Below are positions 11,179 to 26,151 of a stretch of DNA of 64,000 bases, one piece after another (the stretch's first letter is position 1; each line of letters starts with the position of its first letter). This DNA comes from Narcine bancroftii (taxonomy: Eukaryota), in assembly GCF_036971445.1 (NCBI RefSeq), contig NC_091473.1:215574001-215638000 (forward strand), given 5' to 3'. The notes below the pieces were generated by a model that made no database searches, was not told where the DNA came from, and saw only the letters and a program-made list of their open reading frames with translations. The position numbers and the translations under genes were made by a program.

Positions 11179-13835
11179 TACCTTTCTACGTACTAGCAAT
11201 ACATTTTTTCGCTACAGATAAAGCTAAATATACAAAAGCAAGCTGAAACTTATCTAATCCCAAGCCTTTCAGAGGTTGCAAACTACCCAATAAAAATACT
11301 GTTGGATCTAAAACTATTTTAATCTTATACAGATATTCTAAAAATGATTGAATTTTCTTCCAAACAGATTGTCTATGTATACATGACCAAACAGCATGAA
11401 AAAAAGTTCCAACCGTATCACCACATCTAAAACACAAATCTGATTCATGAAAACCATACTTTTTAAATTTTTCAGGTGTTAAGTATAATTGATGTAAAAA
11501 ATTATAGTTAATCATTGCATAACGTGCATTTATCAATCTAGTTACACTATCATACCAGATATCTAACCAATCATCTTCGGAAAAAATAAAACCAGTATCC
11601 GCATCCCATTTACTTTTAGATCTATCCCGACCCTTTTTATCTATACCATCCTGTAATATTTGATAGCTAGATGAAATATAACCCTTCTCTGGTTTCTTCA
11701 TAAAAGTCTCAAATTTAGTCATTTCAGGTAAAATCATATCTCTACCAAACATACATTTTACCAAAGATTGAATTTGATAATAGAGAAACAAAGAGTTCTT
11801 ATCAATACCAAAACTTTCCCTCATCTGATTAAAAGATAAAAATTTACCCTCTTTAAAACAATCTCCCAAATTTTTCACACCTTTAAATCTCCAATGCAAT
11901 AAACTTTGATTATGTATTGAAAAAGAAATAAGTTGATTATTATACAACAGAGTCAAAGCCGATAATTTACCCCTGGAGCCTGTCATTTTATTTTTCTTTA
12001 TCCATAACTTCATTAAATGTTTTAGTATAGGCACATTATATTATTGGAACAAATTTATATTCCATCTAAACAAAAATTGATGTATTTCAAATTCAGAAAT
12101 ATTTGCCATCTCAATTTTGGCCCATCTAGGAGGCCATACCAAATCCATCAATGAACTAATAAATTTAAGTTGGGCTGCTTCATAATAATTTTGAAAATGT
12201 GGTAAATGTAATCCCCCTAACTCATATTTCCAAGATAATTTATTCAAAACAACTCTCGAAAATTTACCTCTCCATAAAAACTCCCTCACCATTTTATTCA
12301 AGTCTCGAAAAAAAATATTATCAAGTAAATACGGAATAGATTGAAACAAATATTGTATACGCGGAAAAATATTCATCTTAATTGTATTTATCCTACCCAT
12401 TAAATTAATAGGTAAATCTTTCCATTTAATCAAATCAGGTTTAATTTTTTTCATTAACGGAACATAATTTAATTTATATAAAGATTGATAATTAACATTC
12501 AAGATTATACCCAAATATTTAATTTGATCAGTCCATTTCAAATTAATAATATTCTTATAAACTGAATAATCTCCTTCACTTACTGGTAATATTTCACTTT
12601 TTTCCCAATTAACTTTATATCCAGAAAGACATCCATATTGTATTAAACACTCCTTCAAGTGCAAAAGTGACTGAGCTGGGTTTATTAAATACACCAACAC
12701 ATCATCAGCAAATAAATTAATTTTATACTCCTCGTCTAAAACTTTCATACCTTGTATCTGTGTATTTTATCTTATCAGCTGTGCCAAAGCTTCAATCACT
12801 AATCCAAACAAAGTTGGTGATAAAGGACAACCTTGACGAATTGATCGAGTTAACTTAAAGGGTTCCAAAATCAAACCATTCGTCAATACTCTAGCTACCA
12901 GTTTACTATATAGACCCCTGAACCAACCAATAAAGAAAGGACCAAACTTAAATTTCTCCAAAACTCTAAACAAAAAATTCCATTCAACTCTATCAAATGC
13001 TTTTTCTGCATCTAGAGATATCACCATCGGGTGATCTGAAGATTGTCAAAATCTATTAATCAAACTAATCACGCGCAAAATATTATCTGAAGCATATCTA
13101 TTCTTTATAAAACCTGTTTGATCCATATGAATCAACTTAGGTAAAAATTTAGCCAATCTATTCGCTAATATTTTAGCTATTATTTTATAATCTACATTTC
13201 ACAACAAAATTTGTCTAATTTGTCTACTTTCAAAGGTTCTCTATCTTTTTTTGGGATTACTGTAATTAAAGCACTAGAACAAGACTCAGGTAGTTCATAA
13301 TGTTCTCCAACTTGACGTAATACACCCCCAAACACTGTAGATAAATCATCATAAAAAATTTTATAAAATTCAACCGAAAACCCATCATCACCAGGCGATT
13401 TACCATTCAGCATTTCCAGCATAGACATTTTAATTTCCGAATCAGTAAATGGTTCTTCTAACTCCTGTATATCTGCATCCTCTAATATCGGTAAATTCAA
13501 CTGAGATAAAAAAAAAGATCAATCGATCCAGTTTCTTGTTATCCTTCAGATGTATATAACTTTTTATGAAATGAACAAAATTCATCATTAATCTCACAAA
13601 GTTTATGTAATAAGAGAATTCCGTCTAACAGCATTAATAGTCCTCGAAATCTGTTCTTTCTTTAATTGCCACGCCAATACCTTATGTGCTTTCTCTCCCC
13701 ATTCATAATACCGTTGTTTAGTCTATTCAAATTGATAAGATTGCAAAGTATTATATTCCAATTTCAATCAAGATAATTCTATTTTCTCATCTTCTGTAGC
13801 ATCTTTCTGGAATTCCTTTTCTAACTCATCAATCT

Positions 13836-16800
13836 ATATAACATAACATAACAATTACAGCACGGAAACAGGTCATTAGGCCCTTCTAGTCCGCACCGAA
13901 ACAAACACTCCTCTCTAGTCCCACCTACCTGCACAATGACCATAATCCTCCACCTTCTTCTCATCCATATACCTGTCCAGCTTTTTCTTAAATAATAAAA
14001 TTGACTCTGCCGCCACTATTTCTCCCGGAAGCTCATTCCACACTGCCACCACTCTCTGAGTAAAGAAGTTCCCCCTCATGTTACCTCTAAACCTCTGCCC
14101 CTTAACTCTTAACTCATGTCCTCATTTCAATCTCTCCTACTCTTAACGGAAATAGCCTATCCACATCCACATCCACTTTCAGATCCCTTTCATAATCTTA
14201 AATACCTCTATCAAATCCCCTCTCAACCTTCTACGCTCCAAAGAATAAAGACCTAATCTGCCCAATCTCTCCCTGTACTCTAGATGCTTAAACCCAGGTA
14301 ACATTCTGGTAAATCTTCTCTGCACTCTCTCCACTCTGTTTATATCCTTCCTATAATTAGGCGACCAGAACTGCACACAGAACTCTAAATTAGGCCGCAC
14401 CAACGCCTTATACAATCTCAACATCACTTCCCAACTCCTATATTCCATGCAATGATTGATAAAGGCCAGCATACTAAAAGCCTTCTTCACCTCCCTATTC
14501 ACATGAGTTTCTACCTTCAGGGAACGATGTACCGTTACTCCTAAATCCTTCTGCTCTTCTGTATTCATCAATGCTCTCCCATTTACTACGTATGTCCTGT
14601 TCTGATTCTTCTTACCAAAATGAAGCACCTCACACTTATCAGCATTAAATTCCATCTCCCATTTTTCAGCCCACTTTTCTAAGCAGCCCAAATCCCTCTG
14701 CAATCCTTGAAAACCTTCTTCATTATCCACTCTTCCACCTATCTTAGTATTGTCTGCATATTTACCAATCCAATTCACCACCCCATCATCTAGATCATTA
14801 ATGTATATAACGAACAACAATGGGCCCAATACAGATCCCTGAGGCAAACCACTGGTCACCGGCCTCCAACCTGACAGACAATTTTCCACTACCACTCTCT
14901 GGCCTCTCCCTTTCAGCCAATGTTCAATTCATTTGACTATCTCAAAATTTATACCTAAAGACTGCACCTTCCTAACTAACCTTCCATGTGGTACCTTATC
15001 GAAGGCCTTACTGAAGTCCATATAGACAACATCCACCGTGCTACCCTCATCCACATTCCTAGTCACCTCTTGAAAAAATTCAATCAGATTGGTCAAACAG
15101 GACCTTCCGCTCACAAATCCGTGTTGAGTGCTATCTCTAAGAACTTTCTCCATTAATTTACCTACCACAGACGTCAAAGTTACAGGCCGATAATTGCCAG
15201 GTTTCCTCCTTGAACCCTTTTTAAATAACGGAACCACATGCGCAATACGCCAATCCTCCGGCGCTATCCCCATCTCTAATGACATTTGGAAAATTACCGT
15301 CAGAGCCTCTGCTATTTCCTCCTTTACTTCTCTCAATGTCCTGGGGAAGATCCCGTCTGGTCCCGGAGACTTATCCACCTTTATATTCCTCAAAAGCCCT
15401 AACACTACATCTTCCGTAATCTCTATATTCTCCATATTTACCCAATTTGCTTTTTTTTTATCTCACATATCCCAATATCCTTCTCCTTGGTGAATACCGA
15501 AGAAAAGAAACTGTTCAATATCTCCCCCATTTCTCTGGTCTCCACACACAGTTTTCCCCTCTAATTCTCTAAGGGACCAATTTTGTCTCTCGCTTTCCTT
15601 TTACCAGAATCCTTTTGGATTAATTTTCACCCTGCTTGCTTTAGTCTCCTCGTACCTTCTTTTAGCTTTCCTAATTCCTCTCTTAAGATTCCTCTTACAT
15701 TCAATGTATTTTTCAAACATCTCCTTAATTCCATGCTTCTAATACCTAATGTACGCCTCCCTTTTTCTTCGAACCAAGTTTCCAATATTCCTTGAAAACC
15801 ACGGCTCTCTCAAACCTTTTGCCCCTCCTTTTAACCTAACAGGAACATAAAGCTTTTGCACTCTCAAAGTCTGATCTTTAAAAGACTTCCATCTCTCTAC
15901 TACATCCTGCCTATAAAACAAATTGTCCCAATGCACACCCTGCAAGTCCTTTCGCATCTCCTCAAATCTAGCTTTTCCCCAATCAAAAACCTCAACCCTT
16001 GGCCCTGACTTATCTCTTTCCATAATGACATTGAAGCTGATGGCATTATAATCACTGGACCCGAAGTGCTCGCCAACACTAACCTCCGTCACTTGACCCA
16101 TCCCATTTGCCAACAGTAGATCTAACACTGCTCCTACAACATATTGTTGTAAAAAACTATCTTGCACACATTTCACAAACTCTAACCCATCCAGCCCTTT
16201 CACAGAATGTGTTTCCCAATCTATATGTGGAAAATTAAAATCTCCCATAATTACAACCCTGTGCTTATCACAAATATCCACTATCTCCCTACAGATTTGC
16301 TCCTCTAGGTCTTGGTCCCCTCCGGGTGGTCTATAATACACCCCTACAAGTGTAACCTCTCCTTTCCCACTCCTCAGTTCCACCCAAATAGCCGCCGTGG
16401 ACGAGCCCTCTAATCTATCCTGCCTAAGCACCGCTGTAATATTCTCCCTGACAAGTAATGCAACACCATCTCCTCTTGTCCCTCCGACTCTATCACACCT
16501 AAAGCAACGAAACCCAGGGATATTCATCTGCCAATCGCATCCCTCCTGCAACCATGTCTCACTAATCGCTTCCACATTATACTTCCAAGTATCAATCCAC
16601 ACCTTCAGCTCATCCACCTTTTTTACAATACTCCTGGCATTAAAATATATGAATTTCAGAGATTTCCCAATTCTTAATCCCTGTTTTCCCTCATCTTTAA
16701 TAACATTATTTCCTTTTCCTGCCAATTGCCCTTCATCTTCTTCCAGAGCATTTCCTTTCTCTATCACCTGCCCATCCATATTCAAATACTTACTACAAAC

Positions 16801-17345
16801 TTTCTTTGTTTGCATTCTAACCTTCTCCTTACTGCTCTGTACTATTTTGCTCCCTCCCCTCAACCATTCTAGTTTAAAGGATCCTGAGTAGCCTTAGCAA
16901 ATACCCCTGCCAGGATTCTGGTCCCCCTGGGATTTAAGTGTAACCCGTCCTTACTGTACAGGTCACATCTTCCCCAAAAAAGGTCCCAGTGATCCAGAAA
17001 CTTGAAACCCTGCCCCTTACTCCACCCCTTCAGCCACGTGTTAATCCTCCACCTCATTCTATTTCTATTCTCACTGTCACGTGGCAAAGGGAGTAATCCA
17101 GAGATTACCCCCTTTGCGGTCCTTCTTTTTAACTCCCTACCTAACTGCCTGTACTCACTTTTTAGGACCTCTTCTCAATTCCTCCCTATGTCATTGGTGC
17201 CTACATGTACCACGACCTCTGGCTCCTGTCCCTCCCACTTTAGGATATCCGGGACACGAGCAGCAACATCCCGGACCCTGGCACGAGGGAGGCAAACCAC
17301 CATCCGGTTCTCCTTGCTGCGTCCACAGAATCCCCTATCTGTCCT
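13836..17345 (-). mobile_element. CR1 LINE, 5'-truncated (ORF1 esterase end + ORF2 APE-RT), nested in L1
   Basis: ORF1 SGNH-esterase end (FLDHWDLFWGR...DGLHLN), APE (15739..16863: YFNARS, ISETWL, YRPP, MGDFN) and RT (14929..15435, 14179..14895: PQGSVLGPLLF, YADN). It ends in a (ttatg)n tail at ~13840-13853. Confidence 0.92.
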
Positions 17346-18726
17346 GTTTCTCTAATTCAAAACTCTGATTTAATCGATTCTTTTTTATTTTAGAAGTATA
17401 ACTAATTATTTGTCCTCTCAAATAGGCTTTCATAGCATCCCATAATACAAACTTGCTTTGAACAGAATTAAATTTTCTTTCAAAAAAAATTAATTTGATT
17501 TTTTTTAAAAATCAATAAATTCCATATTTTTACCATCGTATTAAACCTCCAACGATAGGCCACTTGAATTTTCTCAGAAGTTGCATATGTAAAATATAAC
17601 AAAGAATGATCTGAAATCACCCTACTTTTATATTCCGCTTGTTGTATTTTCTCTTGTAAGTGTGCCGATACTAAAAAGAAGTCAATCCTTGAAAACGATT
17701 CATGTCTCGATGAATAAAAGGAGAAATATTTCTCCGTCGGATTAAGACGTCTCCAAATATCTACTAAATTAAGATCTTTCATCAACGCTTGGACCTGAAT
17801 TGTCATCTTGGATTTCTTAACTTTCTTCGGAGATTTATCTAATAAAGGTTCCAAAACACAATCAAAATCACCACCAACTAAAATATTATCGTTAGCCTGA
17901 CCCAAAAATAAAAATGCATCTGAAATAAATATTTCATCATCTGCAATTGGGGTATATATATTAAGTCCAAAATTCACTAAAAATCTTACAATTCAATTTA
18001 AGAGAACATCCTGCCTTTTCCTCCATTGATTGTAATTCAAAAGATAAATTTTTATGTATCAAAATTGCTACACCTTTAGCCCTAGAATTAAATGAAGAAG
18101 AATATACATGCCCAACCCAGTCCCTCTTTAATTTCATACTTTCCTTCAGATTCAAATGTGTTTCTTGTAAAAAAGCAATATCAATTTTCATTTTAATATA
18201 CGCCAAGACTCACTTACGCTTAATCGTACTGTTTAATCCTCGAACATTAAAAGTAGCAAACCTCAACTTTGACATATCTACTATTATTACTAAATACCAA
18301 TAATATCTTTATATAAAAACTCAAATCAACGCATATAGGCCCTCAAATAGAAAAATAATCACAAATTAATAATTAACTGAAATGAGAATAAAAAAATAAA
18401 GAAAAAAAAGAACCCCCCCTCACAAAAAAAAGGTAGTAATCCCCTAAACAAAAATTGGGTGTGGGTTACCCACCAGTGGCTGATGACTAGTAAAGAACTT
18501 AGAGCAAATCTCTCCCTCCCCAGCCAAACAATGTATAACATCAAAATATCATAATAACAAAAAAATAGAGTAAGAAAAAGAAAATTCTTCTTTTCATCCA
18601 AGAAATTCCAATTTTGAAGATCCCATTTCAGAAGAAGCTGGACTCTTTACATTCCTGTTTTTCCCATTTCTGCCATTTCTTCCATTTCCAGAACAACCAG
18701 ATTTTTCTTTAGGAGATCATAGTGCA

Positions 18727-20045
18727 CTACGTCTTTGTCCTTTTATATCTGGCAAATGAATCAGCAAAAATCATTGCTTCACGATCATTCTCAAAAAACC
18801 GAAATTGATAGTCTCCATAAAACACCTTCAACACTGCAGGGTAGCAAAAAGTAGACTTATAACTATTACGCCACAAAACTTCTTTAACTGGATTAAATCG
18901 ACGTCGACGTTGAATGGCCTCTTGACTCAAATCAGGAAAGAAAAAAACTCTGCTATTCTGAATCAATAACGGAGTTTGTTGTTGTCTCACATTTTGCACT
19001 GCTAGTCGAAGTATTGCTTCTCTGTCCAAATAATTCAAACATCGAATTATTACCGGTCTCGGTGGTTGACCAGCTGAGGGTGTTCTTCTTGGAGCTCTAT
19101 GGGCTCTTTCCAGTGCCAATCCTCCAGAAAAAAATTCTTGCCCTAATACTTGCGGGATCCAGTCTTTAAAGAAACGAAGAGGATCTTGTCCTTCTATACC
19201 TTCTGGCAAACCAACAATTTTCACATTATTCCTTCTGCTTTGATTCTCCAAGTAGTCTATTTTCCTCTCTAATTCCTTCTCGTGTTCTCCCAATTCTATG
19301 ACTGATTTTTCAATCTTCAATACTTTTTCTGTGTTAGAAGCCACTTGTTGTTTACAGTCTGAAATAGCAGTCTGAATTTTTTTTATTTCTTCATAAGATG
19401 CATCCACATGTGCTTTAACTGTATTCAATTCTAAACTTATACTAGCATTCATTTGAACCATCTCATTCATTTAAGGCTGAATAACTGCATTTCGGTACAT
19501 ACACTATAGATCAGAAAAGCTCAGCCCTGCTCTCTCTGACATAGTGGCAGAACAGGGTAACTGCAGCTCCTGCTGCAACTCAACAGAAGGCATTTTAAAA
19601 GTTTTACTGTGGGTCTGGACTCCCAGTGATGGCACCCCGACTTCCTCAGGGGGTCGCCGCTGGTCTCCCCCCACATCTCGTTGTTTTTACATGAAATCAC
19701 GAAGGTAAGTGATTTCTTCAGGTTGAAATGCTTCCTGATGCATTTCCAACAATGGAGTCGTCTTCCTGTGTGCTCCCTCTGTTGAAATCGAAAGGCTTTC
19801 AAAATCGGGATCCACTTCTTGGGAACACACACCTTCTTCCAGAGAACAGGTAATTCCAGCACCATCCTTCACTTGGTGAATAATAGACATTTTTTTTCAG
19901 CTCCCACAGGCAGTCTTTGAGGTTTAGACACTGAAGAGATTAAACCTGGGGCTGTATCAAGTCGTCTTGGCCCCAAATCTTCAGCACTTCGAAAATGTAA
20001 TTTCTTCTGGACTTGAGGTTTAATCTTTTTACCATTAGTGGCCAT
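18727..20045 (-). pseudogene. L1 ORF1p (coiled-coil/RRM/CTD), disrupted
   Basis: ORF 18727..19470 has LENQSRRNNVKIVGLPEG, ERAHR and FPDLS. The probable start ATG is at 20045 (MATNGKKIKP...), with frameshifts in between. Confidence 0.8.
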
Positions 20046-20269
20046 AATAGTTCCCTGATACTTTAAACTAAAATTTTAAAAGTTTAAACTTGAAAACAAA
20101 GGGTTAAAAAACGGGAACTTAAAAGTCTGGCCAGAGAGGTCGAGATTACACATCTAGACTCTACGCCATCTTGCCACGCCCCCCCCTCCACATCTCATGA
20201 ATGAAGAAATAAGTGGCATACATTTTTATACCATTGTGACTGATCCATCACTATGTTGACTCCTGTGTT

Positions 20270-20500
20270 GGGTTGGCACAGTCAGTGTAGCATTAAGTCC
20301 AACTCTGTTATGGCACCAGCAGCCCAGGTTCAAATCCAGTACTGTCTGTAAGGAGCCTGTACATTCTCCCTATGTCTGCAAGGGTTTCCTCTGGGTGCTC
20401 TGGTGACCTGTCTCCCTTCTAAAGGGTTGATGGGATGCAAATGGAGTGTATGGGCTCATGCGCTGGAAGGGCCTGTAACCGTGCTGTGTGTATATTTAAA
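20270..20500 (+). mobile_element. tRNA-derived SINE
   Basis: A/B-box-like ggcacagtcagtgtagc...ggttcaaatcc followed by the core ctgtaaggag...ttctccc...gggtttcctctgggtgctc. Related copies are at ~31660, 37680, 46100 and 46668. Confidence 0.7.
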
Positions 20501-21099
20501 TTTATTAGGTAAATCTCACTATATTGGGATTGATTTCTGATCAAAATTGCAATGTAATTAATTCATTGTTATGTAATTTAATGACTGTTTCACCTTCTAT
20601 TACCTTCGATTGTTGCATGGTGGTGTTGACTTGTTTCCATGGAAAGTGGATGGAGAATTTGTTTTCATTTGTATAAATGGCTGTGGATCAATTCCCTGAG
20701 GCTTGGGGCAGGTCTTCTCCACCAAGACCTGGTCCAAGGTCATGTTCACCCATCGTTTGTTCCTGTGATTTATTGCCCCATAATCTGAATTGGGGCCAGA
20801 TGGAAAGGATGATGAAATGTACTGTGGGTTTGTGAGGAAGGACAGGCAGGGGAGGAGCAGAAATGTCGTCAGTTGGAGTGTTTCAAATGTGTCCAGGGAG
20901 TTGTAGCGCTATCGTTAGGATTAATATGCCTTAATTACCTTAAGACATCAACACACCTCACATGTTTCTAGCCCGGTTCCAAGGCAGGTTCTGAGGGAGG
21001 AGTTTGGGCAGATCAGCCTTTATAGAGATTTCCAGGAGGGAGGAATCACAGGTTCAGAGGTGGGCCATAAAATATAAACAATACAGTGGTCGCACCACA

Positions 21100-21470
21100 G
21101 GAATATTAGGAATAAAGGAAACCAATTTATTTAGAGCATGGATTAGAGCATGTGATGTTTTGGCTGTTACAGAGATTTAGATGACGCAAGGGATAGGATG
21201 GAAGGTAAGAGTAGGGGTGGGTGGTAGATATGAAAACAGGTCAGGGATAGCATCACGGCTATGGAAAGGGAGGGCTCTGGAGAAGGAGTGTCTCCTGAGT
21301 CAGTGTGAGTGGAAGTCAGAAAGAGAAAGGGAGGAATCAGTGTTCTGGGAGTAGTCTATAGGTTCTCAAATGGTCCCCAAGATCCTGCGGAACAGAGAAG
21401 CAGGGAGAACTTGGAATGTTGCAGAAATTACAGGGTTGTTTTTATGGGAGACTTCCATTTCCCAAATATT
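21100..21470 (+). mobile_element. CR1 endonuclease fragment
   Basis: ORF 21309..21506 (VLGVVYR...VVFMGDFHFPNI) matches the APE of the CR1 at 15739..16863. Confidence 0.65.
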
Positions 21471-21916
21471 TACTCAGTATTGGCCGTCTGCACCTGCGCT
21501 AGTTAAAAAAGGTTGGTGGCGGATGCCATTTCCAGGGGCTTGTTATCCATTGTATTGTTGAATTTAACTGTAAAACATTCATCAGAGGTTGCCACTTTTG
21601 CAGTATGGTTATTCGATGCATCAACAAACATGGTGTCAGAGTCTGAACCTGAAGCCTCCAAGTAAGAATTGAGTAACCAACGCCACGTTTATGACTGCAC
21701 CATAATGGCAGACTGATTCAGAAGGCCTGACCCGTTGCAGATCTACAAGAAGCTAAACATAACTAATCATTTGTGCTCAGTCCTTCGTCAAGCTCCAAGC
21801 TTTCCTTTGCCCATAACTGCTTTGAACGTTAAGAAGACTGATCACGCTTCCCAAAATGTTATCCCATTGGAACTCTGATCACCTGGCCGAGCTCATTTGC
21901 CAATACAAGGTTGAGT

Positions 21917-24900
21917 TGTGGTGATACGACCACTAGCCTACTGCAGGGGGTGATCTCTGTACCTGCAGGAAGACCACCTAAGGGGGTTGACTCCACCTGG
22001 CTGGCTGTCAATTAGCCAACCCGAATATAGACCAGAGCTGGACCCTCCTAAGCCAGTCACACGGGGCGCCACCAAGGCATGATGTTCAGACTTTTGCTGG
22101 AATAAAACCTGTTGTCCAGTCTTTAGAGTTTTGTACTTTCTTGCCGCTGCCTCAGTGCTCCACAATGTATTCCAATAAAACTTTTAAAGAGTGACCATGG
22201 AGAAGTTGACGATCGGGAGCCAAGAGATCGACCCTCAACACCAGGCACGCTTCGAGATCTGGAGGCATGCGAATGAGGCGATCTTCCTAACTCACCCACA
22301 AACCAGAAATGGCTCATGATGCTCCACACCAAGCAGGGCCTACGAACTTTCCAGGCCATCAAGGACTGTGCAGACAACGAACCTGCGATGGCTGTCCTGG
22401 AGATAGTGTACAAGCCCCAGACAAATGTGTCTACGGCCGGTATCTGCTCAGCATCAGGTCTTAGCAGCCAGGTGAGAAGGCCGATGCCTAACTGGGGGCC
22501 CTGTGGGTGATAGCTCACACGTACCTGGCCGAGACGGGGTGACAGAAGGGGAAGGGGAACGACTGATCCAGGACACCTGTGTGCGAGGGCTGCGCTCGAG
22601 GAGCGCCCAACAGAAGCTGTTGGATGAAAACATCGCCTCACTTGCCAGGACAATTGGGGTAGTCCGCTCCCTGGAGGCTGCAGCTCATCATGCTTAGGCC
22701 TTCTATGCCCAACTCCCCCAACCTCCGGTCTGGCAGATGCAGACGACCGCTGTCGCTGAAGGGCTTTACCTGGAGGAGACTATCGCTGCTGCCGGGTTCT
22801 AGTGTGGGTCAGACAGGTGATTCCACAAAGGCTGCCCAGCAAGGAACTCGTACTGCTCTCCATGCGGGAAGAAACGTCACTTCGCCCAAGTGTGCCTTTC
22901 CAGGCCCGTCGGGAGCGCAGCGGCCCTCCCGAACATCGCCACGTGTGAGGACCGGGCAACGCCATCACTCACCCTGCCACTTCCGCCCACACCGCTGACG
23001 TCACTTCTGGCCCACCCACCGACTGGCACTGCTGCCGTGCGCTCACCCCCGGCGCCGCCATCTTCTTCTGCACGACTTGAGCCTCATCGAAGATGTCACT
23101 TCCGCTCGTTCAGGTGACGTCACCTCCAACTTCACAGCTGGTCCTATCGCCTTTCCACGTTGACGCCACGTGTGTCGGGACGATGTGGTCAACATGGGCG
23201 CACACCCGATTGAGCAGCATCCGCACCCCATGCCCAGAAAGAAGCCGCTGGCCGCTACTCACCTTATCCATCGAGGAGCAATGATGGAGATCGCTGTCAA
23301 TGGGAAGATAACAAAATGCCTATCCGATAGCGGAAGGACTGAGAGCATCGTGCACCCGAATGTGGCCCGGACACTAAAGCTCCAAATCTAGCCCACCAAC
23401 TTTTCTATCGCAGTCCAGGACCACTCTCTCACAGCCTTCAGGCACTGCTCAGTGGATTTGACAGTTGGGTTGCAGGGGGGGGGGGGAGGGGAACTTACCA
23501 AGATTTCAGGCTCCCACCCCACCCCACCCCAGCTCTGTGCCCCAGTCCTCTTTGGGCTGGACTTCGAATGCCCCCCCCCCCCGGCTCACAGTCAACAGCA
23601 TGCACCCCGTGCGACTGCCCCCAATCCACCTACGGCCTCTCCAAGTTACAAGTAACCCCTCCCATTCTGTTCAACTACCTTATGTCAGATTGCAAGCACC
23701 AGCCCATGGAGAGCCCAAGTCCTAGTTGTAAAAGAGGATAGCAAACTGAGGATGGTCATCGATTATAGCCAGACCATAAACCGGTACACCCAACTAGACG
23801 CCTACCCCCTACCCTGAATAGCCGACATGGTCATCGAGATAGCCCGCTCTTTGGTTTATTGACAATTGACCTAAAGTCAGCCTACCACCAGCTCCCTATC
23901 CATACATGGGATAAGCCATACACTGCCATTGAGGCAGATGGGGGCCTTGAGCTGTTCTGTTGGGTGCCGTTTGGGGTCTCTGTTTTCCAGCAGGAGATGG
24001 ACCTCACGGTAGACCGGCACAACCTCAGAGAGACCATCCCGTACTTGGACTATGTCGCCATCTGCAGCCACGACCACCAGGACCACGTTGACAATCTGGA
24101 GAGATTTCTCCGGACGGCCGAGGAGCTTAACTTCATTTACAACAAAGAGAAGTGCGTGTTCAGCACCACCCGCCTCGTCATCCTAGGATACATCATGGAA
24201 CATGGTGTCGTCAGTCCTGATCCAGAATGCATGTGCCCACTAATGGAAGTGCCCCTTCCCCACACACTCAAGGCCCTCCACAGGTGCTTTGGACTTTTCT
24301 TCTATTACTCCTAGTGGATCCCCACTGACCCAAGCCATCACTTTTCCTCACCGCACCCCCCGAGTCACAAGAAGCATTTGTCCAAATCAGGCAGGACATC
24401 GCTGATGCCACAATGCATGTTGTGGATGAGGACACCCCATTCCAGGTGGAATGCGACGCCTCTGATGTTGCCCTCACGCAGCTACCCTTAACCAAGTCGG
24501 GGGCGACTAGCTTTTTTCGGCAGGACCCTCCGTGGTTCTGAGCTCAGACACTCCGCCATTGAAAAGAAGTGGAAGCAGTCCGCCACTGGTGCTACTACCT
24601 GGCAGGCAGGAGGTTCACCTTTCCTCACCGACCAGCGCGCAGTAACTTTCATGTTCAGTACCACCCATAAGGGCAAGATCAAAAATTATAAGATATTGCG
24701 CTGGAGAGTCGAGCTGGCCACGCTCAGCTACGACATCCAATACAGATCAGTAAAGTTCACCGACTCCCCAACGCTCTGCCCCGGACCTCCACCGTGGTAC
24801 AATCTGACCAACTGTAGGCGCTGCACGATACCCTTTGTCACCCGGGTGTCACGTGCCTGTACCATTTCATCGTCCCAGAACCTCCCCTTCACCACACAAG

Positions 24901-26151
24901 AGGTCTAGACCATGACTGAGTCATGCGGGGTCTGTGCAAAGTGCAAACGGCACTGATTCTGCCTGCCACAGGCCCACGTCATCAAGGCCACTCAGCCCTT
25001 CGAACGGCTGAGCCTCGACTTCAAGGGCCCCCTTCCACGAACAACAGTGTCTACTTCTTTGCGGTCGTAGACGAATACTCCTGTTTTCCCTTTGCCATCC
25101 CTTGCCCTGACACCTCTACAGCCACCATTATCAGGGCTCTGACGTAGCTAATCACAATGTTCTGACACCCGACATTCATCTACGCTAATCAGGGGTCTGG
25201 CTTCATGAGTGAGGAGCTACGCCAGCATCTAGTATCGTGAGAAATTGTGACTCGTCATACAACTAGTTATAACCCGAGGGTGAAGCGTCACAACGGGGTG
25301 ATCTGTAAGGCAGTCCTCCTGGCCCTGTGGTCCAAAGGCTGCTCTATTGATTACTGGCAAGAGGCCCTCCATGGCATTAGGTCGCTCTTGTGCACAGACC
25401 CCTCACGAGCTCCTTTTCTCATTCCCCAGGAAATCAGTGACTGGAATCTCATTCCCAGCTAGGCTCACATCTCTGTGACCGGTGCTCGAGCAGGTGCTCC
25501 TCATCCACATCAACTACACTTACGCCTATATCAGGTACCCCATTGGCCATGAGGACACCATCTTGACCAGGGATCTGGCACCAGCGGGGGCCCCAAACCC
25601 CCCCCCCCCCCAGCATCATGACATCATGATTACCTGACCCAAGCACACCACTCTGGGTAGTCTTGGCCTATCTAGGAGCCAAACCACTCCCTCCCCCCCT
25701 CCAGCGAACCCCACTCCAGTTGGACCACACCTACCTCGCCACCCCCTGTTGACAGACGTGCAAATAGACACCACGCTGCCCACACAGACGCCTGCCACGG
25801 TTACGCTCAACCCAGCCAGCCTCCGGCAACATCCACATGCTCGCCGACTTTTGACCAGGAACCACGGTTCCAGAGACTCCGATGTCTAAATTTGTAAATA
25901 TCACCCGGCATCGTTCCACATGCATACCCCCAGGCCACCTGGCTGGCTGTCAATCAGCTGGCTGACCTGAATAGACCTCCTGGGGGCTGACTCCACCTGG
26001 CCAGCTGTCAATCAGCTTACTTGACTATAAACTGAGCTGGTCCCTCCCTGAGCCAGAAGCCTTGAACTGTGTTCAGACTTTTACTGGAATAATGCCTTTC
26101 CTCCAATCTTTCGAGTTTTGTGCTTGCTTGCTGCTACCTCAGTGCACCACA
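21917..26151 (+). mobile_element. Decayed Gypsy LTR retrotransposon (LTR-gag-PR-RT-RH-IN-LTR)
   Basis: 5' LTR 21917-22164 (tgtggtg...ctccaca) and a partial 3' LTR ending caccaca at 26151. Protease-like CLSDSG, RT (IDLKSAYHQ, PFG, YLDYV), RNase H (ECDASD) and integrase (VVDEYS) remnants, with many stops and frameshifts. Confidence 0.88.

Larger units (their letters stand above)
10349..20185 (-). mobile_element. Full-length L1-clade LINE (decayed), interrupted by two nested CR1 insertions
   Basis: 17-bp TSD ctccacatctcatgaat (10332-10348, 20186-20202). 5' end ggggggcgtggcaagatggcg has a YY1-like CAAGATGGC. ORF1 is followed by ORF2 APE (17480-18270), RT (12041-13500; RQGCPLSP, LFADD) and a CCHC C-terminus (11186-12034). 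The empty site is present at ~31577. Confidence 0.93.
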
